DNA of 20,361 nt from Candidatus Latescibacterota bacterium. Its GTDB lineage: Bacteria > Latescibacterota > UBA2968 > UBA8231. The notes under the pieces were generated by a model, which ran no database searches, was not told the DNA's origin, and saw only the letters and a list, made by a program, of their open reading frames with translations. The position numbers and the translations under genes are program-made. Each line of letters begins with the position of its first letter. The first letter of the stretch is position 1. Shown here piece after piece: positions 8,071-16,511 of the stretch. The stretch lies in the NCBI GenBank assembly GCA_965205655.1, contig CBDBIJ010000118.1:1-20361 (forward strand), given 5' to 3'.

Positions 8071-9131
8071 TTAAAGAGTCGGCATTGAGTTTTGGACTTT
8101 GGTCAGCTTGGAGTTGTCCGTGTTCTTGTTTCGCCATCTCAGGTACTCCTGGATGCGCTGGCCGACTTCTCGATGATCGTTGGGATCGCTGTTTTTGATG
8201 ACGAAATAATGGGCTGCCGTGAGGTGACATTCGAGCCGATTCATCCATGACGCGTTGGTGGCGGTGAAGACCGGCGAGACCTGGTTTCGTCTGCACCACT
8301 GCAGGATCGGCGGTGTCTTGTGCGTCGACAGATTGTCCATGACGACGTAGATCCGTTTCGCCTTGGGATAGCGCAGCCGAATGGCCTTGAGAAAATCGAG
8401 TACGACCGATGCGTGCTTCTTTGGTTTGTGATGCATCCACAGGATGTCCTCATGGACGTTATAGGCTCCGAAGAAATAGCTGACGCCGCCGTGGCGGCTG
8501 TAGGTTGCCCGATGCCGGACCGGGCGCTTCTGCGGGGCCCAGGAAGCGCCGGCATGCGGCTTGATCTGGACCGGTCCCAGTTCGGCGAAGCAGACTACGA
8601 CCGTGCCTTTCGGCGCCCGCTTGTAGAGTCGGTTGATGCGTTTTTTTTAGAGGCAAACTCCGGGTCCTTGGATTCCTTCCAGGTGCGCGTCCGTTGATAG
8701 GTCACCTTATGCTGATCCAGGATTTTCCCGATGGTCACATGCGAGACCTCAGGAATCATCTGCCGTCCCACCAGGCAGTCGGTCAGCTTGCGCAACGACC
8801 ACTGATTGAACGGCTGACCGAACGCACGGGGAGGCATCTTGGCGATTTCCACCACCACGGATTCGTCTTCCGGCGTCAACTTCGAAGGACGCCCCGGACG
8901 TGCCCGCGTGCGCAACGCCGTCAATCCCCCTTCGTTGTATTGGCGAATCAACTGGCGAACGTACTCCTCGTGCAGATGCAGCGTATCCGAAATCTCTTGG
9001 ACCCGCATTCCCTGGACGCTGAACGAGATCAACTGCCCACGGCGCATCTGCACGGCGCTGCGAGGCCGCTTCAGCCATCGCACCAGTTCCTTCGACTCCG
9101 CCACGTTCGGTGAACGAGCATGAAGACACAT
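8071..9131 (-). CDS. IS630 transposase, OrfA (HTH, 8595-9131) fused to OrfB (DDE) by -1 frameshift at A8 (8641-8648); ~353 aa
   Basis: OrfA has RQYNEGGLTALRTRARPGRPSKL, WSLRKL and RTRTWKESKDPEF..KK. The -1 frame reads KKRINRLYKRAPKGTVVVCFAELGP...YVVMDNLSTHK...FTATNASWMNRLE. ATG 9131 follows AGGAGG. Confidence 0.9.
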
Positions 9132-9167
9132 AGCTTGACCCTCCTGAAGAATTCGCCATGTATCTCC

Positions 9168-9196
9168 ATGATACCACGACTTACGACAAAGTACAA
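9168..9196 (-). promoter_or_regulatory. sigma70-type transposase promoter TTGTAC-17 nt-TATCAT with TG extension
   Basis: -35 at 9191-9196, -10 at 9168-9173, 17-nt spacer ending TGG; lies between the IR and the transposase RBS. Confidence 0.7.
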
Positions 9197-9462
9197 GCTC
9201 CATTTCTTAACGGAGAACTAGAGCTGTTGAAGTCATCTCTGGGAATCCAAGTCGAATCGTGGACACAATTCGCCATCAAGTTCGCTCTCATCCATCCCAT
9301 AGTCAGCAGTTTGATTGTCGGCTTGAACACAGTTGAGCAGGTAGACGAAGTGCTCGATGCCGCCGACGGGAATTATCCAGATAGACGTGTGTACGATAGG
9401 GCTCAGCAGATTTTCCGCGAGAATGGAATGGTGCCGAGTTAAACTGCCACTGGAGACCACTC

Positions 9463-10803
9463 ATGGCCAGAGAAGCATCCAAACGAACGGTCGGCGTTCG
9501 CACGGTCGAGCTCAGCGACCATCGCCACACGATCGTTCACCGCGACGAACAGATGTACTTCTACGCCACGAACAGGGGTGGCATCTGGAACTTCGGCGAT
9601 GGCGAGATCGCCGTTGCCTATCTGGCGATGCCCATCGACTACAACGTCATGAGGGATGGCCCCAACAAAAACTGGCACCGCCACTGCGGCGGCCCCCGTA
9701 GCATGTGGGGACACCACGAACGCTGGGGCAATGAATCAGGCTGTATCATCAGCCGCTCGTTCGACAACGGTGAGACCTGGCCGGACAAGGAGCGCCAGTG
9801 GATCTGGAACAACGACCGCACGACCGACGAAATTCTCGACTGGTTGCGGCCCCGAGATCGTTCGGAGCGTGAAGAGATCGACCTGGGCGATACCGATTCC
9901 ATCATCCACTTCTGTCACGGGACGTATCTCAAGCACCCGCTCGGTGGCGTCGGGATAGAGCCGCACAGCTTCGACCTGGGTCGGAGGCGACTCATGCCGA
10001 CGTTCTCCTTGCGCAGCACGGATCGCGGACGCACCTGGGAAGAGCACGCGACTCTCATCGACAACCCATCCTGGGCACCCAACGGTGGGTACCTGGCAAC
10101 GAACCTCGGACACGTGCGCTTCGACAACGGAGTTCTCGGCATTACCGGAGCCATCTACTGGCGCCACGCCCAGTGTTTTTACGTCAGCTACGACAACGGC
10201 ATGTCCTGGGAGTATTGCAGCGAGGTGGTGCGCGTCAGCGGTCACCTCACCCGGTCCGCACCGGGCGTCGAAAACGTCGGCTATAATTACTCCGGAGTGC
10301 ACAGGCTACCCGACGGGCGGGTGATGTGTAGTATGCACAAACATCCTCCGGGAAATCCCTGCGTCGCTTTTTCTGAGGACGACGGCATGACCTGGTCTCA
10401 GCCCCGTTTCATTACAGGCCCGGGCAATCATTACGGCAACATGGCCGACCCCGAGCCTGAGCGCCCGTTGCACGATGTGGCTCTCGCCAATCGATGGCGA
10501 TGCCCTTCGGCCCTGGTGACTTCCGACGGGCGCATCGTCGTGCTCTTTACCCGCCGCACCCCCAATCTGGGCAACCGCGGCATCATGGGAGTGGTGAGCG
10601 AAGACCTCGGAGAAACCTGGAGTGAAGAATTTGTGGTGAGAGGCGACGGCTACAGCTACGACATGGGCTACCAGGTGCTGACCGAGCTGAGCGACGGCCG
10701 CATATTCACAGCCTACTGGTTTTGCGCTAAGGACCAGGACGAACCGATCGAAGAGGTCCAGATCGTGCGCCACATCGCCGGCACATTTTTCAGGTTGGAT
10801 TGA
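9463..10803 (+). CDS. Asp-box (BNR) beta-propeller, sialidase-family-like protein, copy 1 (446 aa)
   Basis: Five SxDxGxTW-type boxes: SFDNGETW, STDRGRTW, SYDNGMSW, SEDDGMTW, SEDLGETW; C-terminal DMGYQ..ELSDGRIFTAYW. No signal peptide. Confidence 0.88.
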   Translation: MAREASKRTVGVRTVELSDHRHTIVHRDEQMYFYATNRGGIWNFGDGEIAVAYLAMPIDYNVMRDGPNKNWHRHCGGPRSMWGHHERWGNESGCIISRSFDNGETWPDKERQWIWNNDRTTDEILDWLRPRDRSEREEIDLGDTDSIIHFCHGTYLKHPLGGVGIEPHSFDLGRRRLMPTFSLRSTDRGRTWEEHATLIDNPSWAPNGGYLATNLGHVRFDNGVLGITGAIYWRHAQCFYVSYDNGMSWEYCSEVVRVSGHLTRSAPGVENVGYNYSGVHRLPDGRVMCSMHKHPPGNPCVAFSEDDGMTWSQPRFITGPGNHYGNMADPEPERPLHDVALANRWRCPSALVTSDGRIVVLFTRRTPNLGNRGIMGVVSEDLGETWSEEFVVRGDGYSYDMGYQVLTELSDGRIFTAYWFCAKDQDEPIEEVQIVRHIAGTFFRLD

Positions 10804-10876
10804 CGCGAACCATCGGAGTAGTTCGACAAACGGCGCCGTGCCGTCTAACTGACTCGTGCTCAAGAGGAGACCACTG

Positions 10877-12217
10877 ATGGCCAAAGAAGCATCCAAACGA
10901 ACGGTCGGCGGTCGCAAGGTCGAGCTCAGCGACCATCGCCACACGATCGTCCACCGCGACGAGCAGATGTACCTCTACGCCACCAACAGGGGTGGCATCT
11001 GGAACTTCGGCGATGGCGAGATCGCCGTCGCCTACCTGGCGGTGCCCATGGACTACAACGTCATGCGGGAGGGCCCGGGGGTAAACTGGTCGCGACACTG
11101 CGGCGGCCCCCACAGCATGTGGGGTCATCACGAGCGCTGGGGCAATGAATCAGGCGTTATCATCAGCCGCTCGTTCGACAGCGGTGAGACCTGGCCCGAC
11201 GAGGAGCGCCAATGGATCTGGAACAACGGCCGCACGGCCGACGAGATTCTCGACTGGTTGCGGCCGCGAGACCGGGCGGAGCGCGAAGAGATCGACCTGG
11301 GCGAGACCGACTCCATCATCCACTTCTGTCACGGCACATATCTCAAGTGGCCCATCGGTGGCGTCGGGAGAGAGCCGGATAGCTTCGCCCTGGGTCGCAG
11401 ACAACACATGCCGACGCTCTCCCTGCGCAGCAGAGATCGCGGACGCACCTGGGAGAAGCACGCAACCATTATCGACAACCCACGCTGGGCCCCCAACGGC
11501 GGGTACCTGGGAACGAACCTCGGTTACGTGCGCTTCGACAACGGCGTTCTCGGTCATACCGGCGCCATCTACTGGCGGCATGCCCAATGTTTTTACGTCA
11601 GCTACGACAACGGCATATCCTGGGAGTTTTGCAGCGAGGTGGCCCGGGTTAGCAGCCACCTCACCAGGTCCGCACCGGGCGACGAAGGCGTCGGCTACAA
11701 CTACTCCGGCGTGCATCGGCTACCGGACGGGCGGGTGATGTGCTCTATGCACAAACATCCTCCGGAGATGCCCTGTGTCGCTTTTTCCGAAGACGACGGC
11801 ATGACCTGGTCTCAGCCCCGTTTCGTGACAAGCCCGGGCAATCATTACGGCAACATGGCCGACCCCGAGCCCGAGCGTCCGCTGAACGATCCGGTTCGGG
11901 CCAACCGACGGCGGTGCCCGTCCACCCTCGTGTTGAGGGACGGTCGCATCCTCGTGCTGTTCGCGCGGAGAACCGCCAGCCCCGGCAACCGCGGCATCAT
12001 GGGAGTGGTGAGTGAAGACCTGGGCGAAACCTGGAGCGAGGAGTTTGTCGTGCGGGGCGACGCCTACGGCTGGGACATGGGCTACCAGGTGCTGACGGAG
12101 CTGAACGACGGCCGCATATTCGTCGCCTACTGGTTTTGCGCCAAAGACCAGGACGAACCGGTCGAAGAGACCCAGATCGTGCGTCACATCGCCGGCACGT
12201 TTTTCAGGTTGGGTTGA
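10877..12217 (+). CDS. Asp-box (BNR) beta-propeller, sialidase-family-like protein, copy 2 (446 aa)
   Basis: Colinear with copy 1 with the same five Asp boxes. ATG 10877 follows GAGGAG. Confidence 0.88.
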   Translation: MAKEASKRTVGGRKVELSDHRHTIVHRDEQMYLYATNRGGIWNFGDGEIAVAYLAVPMDYNVMREGPGVNWSRHCGGPHSMWGHHERWGNESGVIISRSFDSGETWPDEERQWIWNNGRTADEILDWLRPRDRAEREEIDLGETDSIIHFCHGTYLKWPIGGVGREPDSFALGRRQHMPTLSLRSRDRGRTWEKHATIIDNPRWAPNGGYLGTNLGYVRFDNGVLGHTGAIYWRHAQCFYVSYDNGISWEFCSEVARVSSHLTRSAPGDEGVGYNYSGVHRLPDGRVMCSMHKHPPEMPCVAFSEDDGMTWSQPRFVTSPGNHYGNMADPEPERPLNDPVRANRRRCPSTLVLRDGRILVLFARRTASPGNRGIMGVVSEDLGETWSEEFVVRGDAYGWDMGYQVLTELNDGRIFVAYWFCAKDQDEPVEETQIVRHIAGTFFRLG

Positions 12218-12314
12218 GGCAAGCGACGCCTATGTAGTGGTCGTGCGAGATCATGAGGGCGACAAAGGTCAGGGCAGGTGCCACACCCTTGCGACACGAA
12301 GAGGGGATGAGTAG

Positions 12315-13270
12315 ATGACGATAGCCATGACCGATCAACAGAAGGATGAACTCAATGGACAGGGGTTCACGGTATTGGAGCGTGTATTGAGCGAATCCGA
12401 GCTACAGCGCTTGTCGGTATGCATGGACGAGGTGGCGGACCAGCTCCGGAAGGTGCGTGGCTCAGGTCCCAACGACAGCGTCGTCGTCCGCAATGCGGTG
12501 GCACGCACGAGGCCATAACGGACTTGCTCGACCATCCCCGTATCCTGCCGCTCGTCGTCGATGCCATGGGCTGGAACATTCAGAACCGCGACAGCACTTT
12601 TGAATGCAAGGCGCCGCAGCCCGGGAACACAGATCCGGACCTGTTGTCGCTCGGATGGCATTTCGATTACGAAGAAGAATTCGCCGGCACTACGATAGAC
12701 GGGCGCATGCCTCTGCTGGACTTCAAGGTCGGCTGGTACGTTTCGGACCATACCGAGCCCGGTCACAGCACAATCCTCATGGTGCCCGGCAGCTACAAGT
12801 GGGATCGAGAGCAACGCGACACCTGGGAGTCCTGGCTGGATCCTGAGGAAATTTTCGAATTGCGCGTCCCGGCCGGCAGCGCCATGCTGTGGCGGCCCAC
12901 TGTCATGCACAGCGTGACGCCCAATCTTTCCGGGAGCTTCCGCAAGGCACTCTATATCAGCTACACGCCCAGGTGGGTGCGGCCGAGCGGCTACGTGGAA
13001 CAGGATCCAGAGTTGATTGCCCGCAGTTCGCCGATCCGACGACAGCTATTGGGAGCGATAGGCGATGGCTCGAATCTGCCGGGCAAGGACCCGATCGGGA
13101 ATCCGTCGTCGCAACACTGGTTTACCGCCGACTGGGATAGTGTTCCGCTGAAGGCGTGGGCCGAAGAGCGCGCCGGTCCCGGACCGTATGACTGGGGACT
13201 GGGCCTTGGGGCAACGTTTACGAAGGGACCAGATTACCAGTTTACCCGGGTGAAGGTCCCCCAAAAGTAG
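12315..13270 (+). CDS. PhyH-family Fe(II)/2OG dioxygenase with one-base frameshift at ~12506
   Basis: N-terminus MTDQQKDELNGQGFTVLERVLS; then LLDHPRILPLV, canonical WHFD, VPGSY, PAGSAMLW..MHSVTPN, RKALYISY. Adding one C after 12506 gives NAVARHEAITD (~318 aa). Confidence 0.85.
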
Positions 13271-13279
13271 GCGCACGCC

Positions 13280-13897
13280 ATGACCCCCTTCGTCTTTTTG
13301 ACCCTCGTTTTCGTTTTCGGTTGCAGCGATGAGACGAGCGACCCTCTGTCTCCCAAGGAGCGGGAAGTCATCGGATCGTGGCGACTCGATCTATCTGATG
13401 TGGACGAAGAAATCGTCGACGTCTCTTATCGGTTCGACCGGGGCGGCAACGCCGTCAACGAGGTCAGTGGTGAATTCCTGAAACAGCTGCGGGGCATGGA
13501 GGAGCTCGGCGAAGTCGATTTCGGCGATCTGAAGAACATCGATGGCGGCACACTGACGTGGCTGGGCGACTGGAGCATCGCTCCCGGCGATTCTCTCGAG
13601 ATCGTATTCGAGCGAATCACTGTCGAGCTGTTCGGTCGGTTGCCGATCGTCGGGAAATTGACAGTTCCCGTCCACGAGGAGACCATCGCCGATCCCGTCC
13701 CCATGCGGTTCGCCTGTGCCGTCACCGCAAGCCGGTTGACGCTCACAGGCAGGTCTCCCGCCGATGCCGTCACCCTCGACGGCATTGTCATGGACGCAGG
13801 AGCCCTTGATGAACGGGGAAGTGCAGCGCTCAACCTCGTCGTCGAGGCACTGCAGGGCCAACTCAGCACCGAACCTGAGTTTACCCTCGTCCGCTAG
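13280..13897 (+). CDS. Putative lipoprotein, possibly lipocalin-like beta-barrel
   Basis: Hydrophobic signal ending VFG-C (lipobox-like), followed by SDETSDP linker and VIGSWRL (GxW) motif. Confidence 0.65.
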   Translation: MTPFVFLTLVFVFGCSDETSDPLSPKEREVIGSWRLDLSDVDEEIVDVSYRFDRGGNAVNEVSGEFLKQLRGMEELGEVDFGDLKNIDGGTLTWLGDWSIAPGDSLEIVFERITVELFGRLPIVGKLTVPVHEETIADPVPMRFACAVTASRLTLTGRSPADAVTLDGIVMDAGALDERGSAALNLVVEALQGQLSTEPEFTLVR

Positions 13898-13960
13898 TCG
13901 TAGTACGGCCTACTGATACGGCGCTCTGGTTGCTGGTAACCGCCGGCGCGCTGCAGGTTG

Positions 13961-14723
13961 TCAGTTCCCCTCTTCGGCCGGGCGCTGGTGCTGCTCCGTC
14001 TCCCGCTCCTCCTGCTCGTGACGCTCCATGTCCTCTCGCTGCTTCTGATCCCAATACTGCTGCGCTTCCTCCTCGAGGGGCTCGGAACTCCGCCTCCAGC
14101 GCTTCGCGCTGCTTGTGCTCGCGACGCTCTAACGCCTCTCGCTCCTCGTCATATATCGGCCCATCGAGTCCCTGCTCGTCCAGCTGCCGATAGGCCCGAT
14201 GGATCTCCTCGTCCAGGCTTATGCGGCGCTCCTCCAGCTGCCGCCGGCGCGCCATCTGAGCTTTCTCGAACTCGGCGCCCGCCTCGTCGAAGTGTTCCCC
14301 TTCTTCATCCCGGCGCTGCTGCTGCTCCTCCTCCCACTCCTGCTCGTGACGGTCCATGTCGGAGCGCTGCTTCTGGGCCCAATACTGCCGACCCTCCTCC
14401 TCGAGGGCCCGGAACTCCGCGTCCAACTCCCGATACGCCCGTTGGGTTTCCTGGTCCAGGCTTATCCGGCGCTCCTCCAGATCTCGCCGGCGCGCCATCA
14501 GACCCTTCTCAAAGTCGTAAGCCTCTTCGTCGAAGAACTCCCCCTCTTCGGCCCGGCGCCGCTGCTGCTCCGCCTCCCACTCCTGCTCGTGACGGTCCAG
14601 GTTCTCCCGGCGCTCAGCCCATTCGGCCTCCTCCTGTGTTTGTGCCGCCAAATCGACCGGAGCGGCGATCTGCAACAAACTGACGCATAGTAGGGTCAGC
14701 AGAAGCTTCATTCTAAGGGTCAT
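13961..14723 (-). CDS. Secreted E/R/Q-rich helical repeat protein (~253 aa after correcting one extra base at 14077-14080)
   Basis: ATG 14723 follows AGGAGG; signal MTLRMKLLLTLLCVSLLQIAAPVDLAA|Q. Repeat 1 reads EFRALEEE, so the G4 run in repeat 2 should be G3, restoring ...EFRALEEEAQQYWDQKQREDMERHEQE...AEEGN* with stop at 13961. Confidence 0.75.
13970..14600 (-). repeat. Intragenic repeat, about 2.3 units (81 aa, then 109 aa with a 28-aa insert, then a partial unit)
   Basis: Anchor CTCCTGCTCGTGACG recurs at 14009, 14337 and 14580 (spacings 328 and 243 bp). Confidence 0.85.
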
Positions 14724-14858
14724 TTTTGGCCTCCTTTTGGCTCTCATAAGCAAAAAACCCCTTGCCGCGATTGCCATGATATGTATCACAAAAGCGGATA
14801 TTCGGACAATTAGCGCAAGAGGGCTCCATATTCGCTATCGCTCCGTAGTATTTCCATT

Positions 14859-14892
14859 ATATATGTGGCTGAGGAATATATGTGGCTCAGGA
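14859..14892 (+). repeat. 17-bp tandem direct repeat ATATATGTGGCT(G/C)AGGA x2
   Basis: Copies at 14859-14875 and 14876-14892, one mismatch, in a divergent intergenic region just upstream of the GHL10-like RBS. Confidence 0.85.
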
Positions 14893-14903
14893 TGGGAGAT
14901 TCG

Positions 14904-16511
14904 ATGGACCAGACCAGGAAAGCAGCACGCCAGCGCAAGCGTCGGATCATTTACAACAACGACGGCGACGACGTAATCCAGGCGAAGACGCCGTCGGAGA
15001 CCGCCCAAGGCCTGTCGGGAGGAGAGAGCGGCGAGCTGATCGATGACTTTCTAGACGCCCGCGCCCGGACGCTAGTCGGAACGCAGGTCGACAGCAGCTG
15101 GTACTGCAGCTGCATGGCCGGCGTTCGCTTTTCCCACCAAACCAAGCTGGGTGGGTTCCACGGTGAGGGAATTCCCCTTGAGCTGGTCGAAACCTACGGA
15201 CGCGACAGTCTGCAAATTCAGACGGACTTCTGTCACGAGAATGGGCTGGAAGCCTTCTGGTCGTTGCGTATGAATGACGTACACGATTCCCATCCCGCCG
15301 GGGAGCGCCGCTGGACTTATGGACTGGCGCCCTTCAAGCGCGATCACCCGGAATTCCTCATGGGCGAGCCGGCGGATTGGGAGAGATACACGGAAGGGCA
15401 CAAGAAAAGCTGGTCGGGGCTCGATTTCAGCTTTCCCGAGGTCCGCGATCACGTCTTCGCCAACATAGAAGAGGTTGCCCACAACTACGACGTCGACGGG
15501 ATAGAGATGGACTTCTTCCGGCACTATCCCTTTTTCCGTCCGACCCGAGACATGCTTCCAGTCGAGACGGAGCACCTGGAGATGATGACGGCTCTGGTGC
15601 GGCGTGTGCGGAAGCTGGCCGACGCAGTCGGCGAGCGGCGAGGGCGACCGATGCTGGTGGCGGCACGCACGCCGTTCAAGGTAGCTGATGCGCGCTTCAT
15701 AGGGGTAGATCTCGAGCGCTGGCTGGCGGAGGATCTGCTGGACCTGCTGATACCCGGTGGGGGCGTCGAGTCGCACATGACCGAGTCATTCGCGGATATC
15801 ATCAAGCTCGGGCACGACCACGATGTGCCAGTGTATCCCTGTATCGGCTGGGGGTTCTGGCATCGGTGGACGTTCCTCGACCTCTCGGACGGCGAGTACA
15901 GGAACTACAAATCCTGGACGGCGTCCCTGCGCAAGACGGGTTCGTCGTTTACGCTCGAGATGAATCGGTGGGAAGGAACGGAGCCGGCCTGGCGCGCTGC
16001 CGCGACCAACTTGTTCGCCGCTGGCGCCGACGGTATCTACGTCTTCAACGGCGCTTTCGTCAACGACGAGACCTGGCTGGAGATCGGCGATCCCGAGACG
16101 ATGGCGAACAAGGACAAGCTCTTCGGCGTCGACGATTTTCGCGGCGACTCCAGCTTCGAGCGCGCCGCTGAACTGGAGCTGCAGCTCGGAGAGACGGCCA
16201 AGGCGCACTTTCAGGTCGGCGAAGATGTGAGGAGCTCGAGGAAGGGCCCCTTGCGCCTGCGCCTGCACTTCTGGGAGCTCACCGCGAGCGATGAGATATC
16301 GGTGAGATTCAACGGTGTCGCATTGGATGAGCTACGGCCGCAGAAGACTCTGGCCGCGGCGCCAGCCGCGCACTGGCTGGAGTGCGAAGTGCAGCCCGAT
16401 CGGGTCGTCAATGGCGAGAACAGGCTCGATATTACCCTGAAAAAGCGAGCGGACTCCGCACAGGCACCGATCGCACTCGATTGCGCGCTATTGTATGTGC
16501 GCGCCGAATGA
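14904..16511 (+). CDS. GHL10-like TIM-barrel glycoside hydrolase-like protein with C-terminal beta-sandwich (535 aa)
   Basis: RRIIYNNDG, FWSLRMNDVHD, DHPEF, LDFSFPEVR, YDVDGIEMDF, GADGIYVFN. ATG 14904 follows GGGAGA (14892 is an alternative start). Confidence 0.8.
   Translation: MDQTRKAARQRKRRIIYNNDGDDVIQAKTPSETAQGLSGGESGELIDDFLDARARTLVGTQVDSSWYCSCMAGVRFSHQTKLGGFHGEGIPLELVETYGRDSLQIQTDFCHENGLEAFWSLRMNDVHDSHPAGERRWTYGLAPFKRDHPEFLMGEPADWERYTEGHKKSWSGLDFSFPEVRDHVFANIEEVAHNYDVDGIEMDFFRHYPFFRPTRDMLPVETEHLEMMTALVRRVRKLADAVGERRGRPMLVAARTPFKVADARFIGVDLERWLAEDLLDLLIPGGGVESHMTESFADIIKLGHDHDVPVYPCIGWGFWHRWTFLDLSDGEYRNYKSWTASLRKTGSSFTLEMNRWEGTEPAWRAAATNLFAAGADGIYVFNGAFVNDETWLEIGDPETMANKDKLFGVDDFRGDSSFERAAELELQLGETAKAHFQVGEDVRSSRKGPLRLRLHFWELTASDEISVRFNGVALDELRPQKTLAAAPAAHWLECEVQPDRVVNGENRLDITLKKRADSAQAPIALDCALLYVRAE

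Larger units (their letters stand above)
8063..9218 (-). mobile_element. IS630-family insertion sequence, 1156 bp
   Basis: Flanked by TA at 8061-8062 and 9219-9220 (CTAG target). Ends GTGCTCTGTTAA and GTTCTCCGTTAA (reverse complement) match at 10/12. Encodes HTH plus DDE transposase. Confidence 0.93.
7327..9442 (+). pseudogene. Aldo/keto reductase interrupted by an IS630 element (5' part 7327-8062, 3' part 9221-9442)
   Basis: N-terminus VRYRKFGTTDLEVSEICFG, ERGVNFI..YG, IRPFMGGLLT; C-terminus QFAIKFALIHPIVSSLIVGLNTVEQV. Removing the IS, one TA copy and one G at 8014-8016 gives a continuous ~318-aa ORF (...EGDRMTADSWDASYERL|ELLKSSLG...). Confidence 0.88.
9452..12217 (+). repeat. Tandem gene duplication (9452-10803 and 10866-12217), including the RBS leader GGAGACCACT
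   Basis: Both CDSs are 1341 bp with no indels and about 64 amino-acid differences in 446 by manual count. Confidence 0.95.

Noticed and set aside
9158..9442. 94-aa ORF as an independent gene
   Set aside because: It is a chimera of the IS end (to 9218) and the AKR C-terminus.
9463..12217. Near-identical repeats as a diversity-generating retroelement TR/VR pair
   Set aside because: No reverse transcriptase in the window; the repeat covers whole genes and differences are not confined to adenines.
13970..14600. Recurring 15-mers as a CRISPR array
   Set aside because: Spacings are 243 and 328 bp, the intervening sequences are homologous and coding, and there are no cas genes.
13958..14690. Leu-rich plus-strand ORFs (241 and 163 aa) as membrane proteins
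   Set aside because: Antisense shadows of GAG/CAG-rich codons; the minus-strand gene has the RBS and signal peptide.
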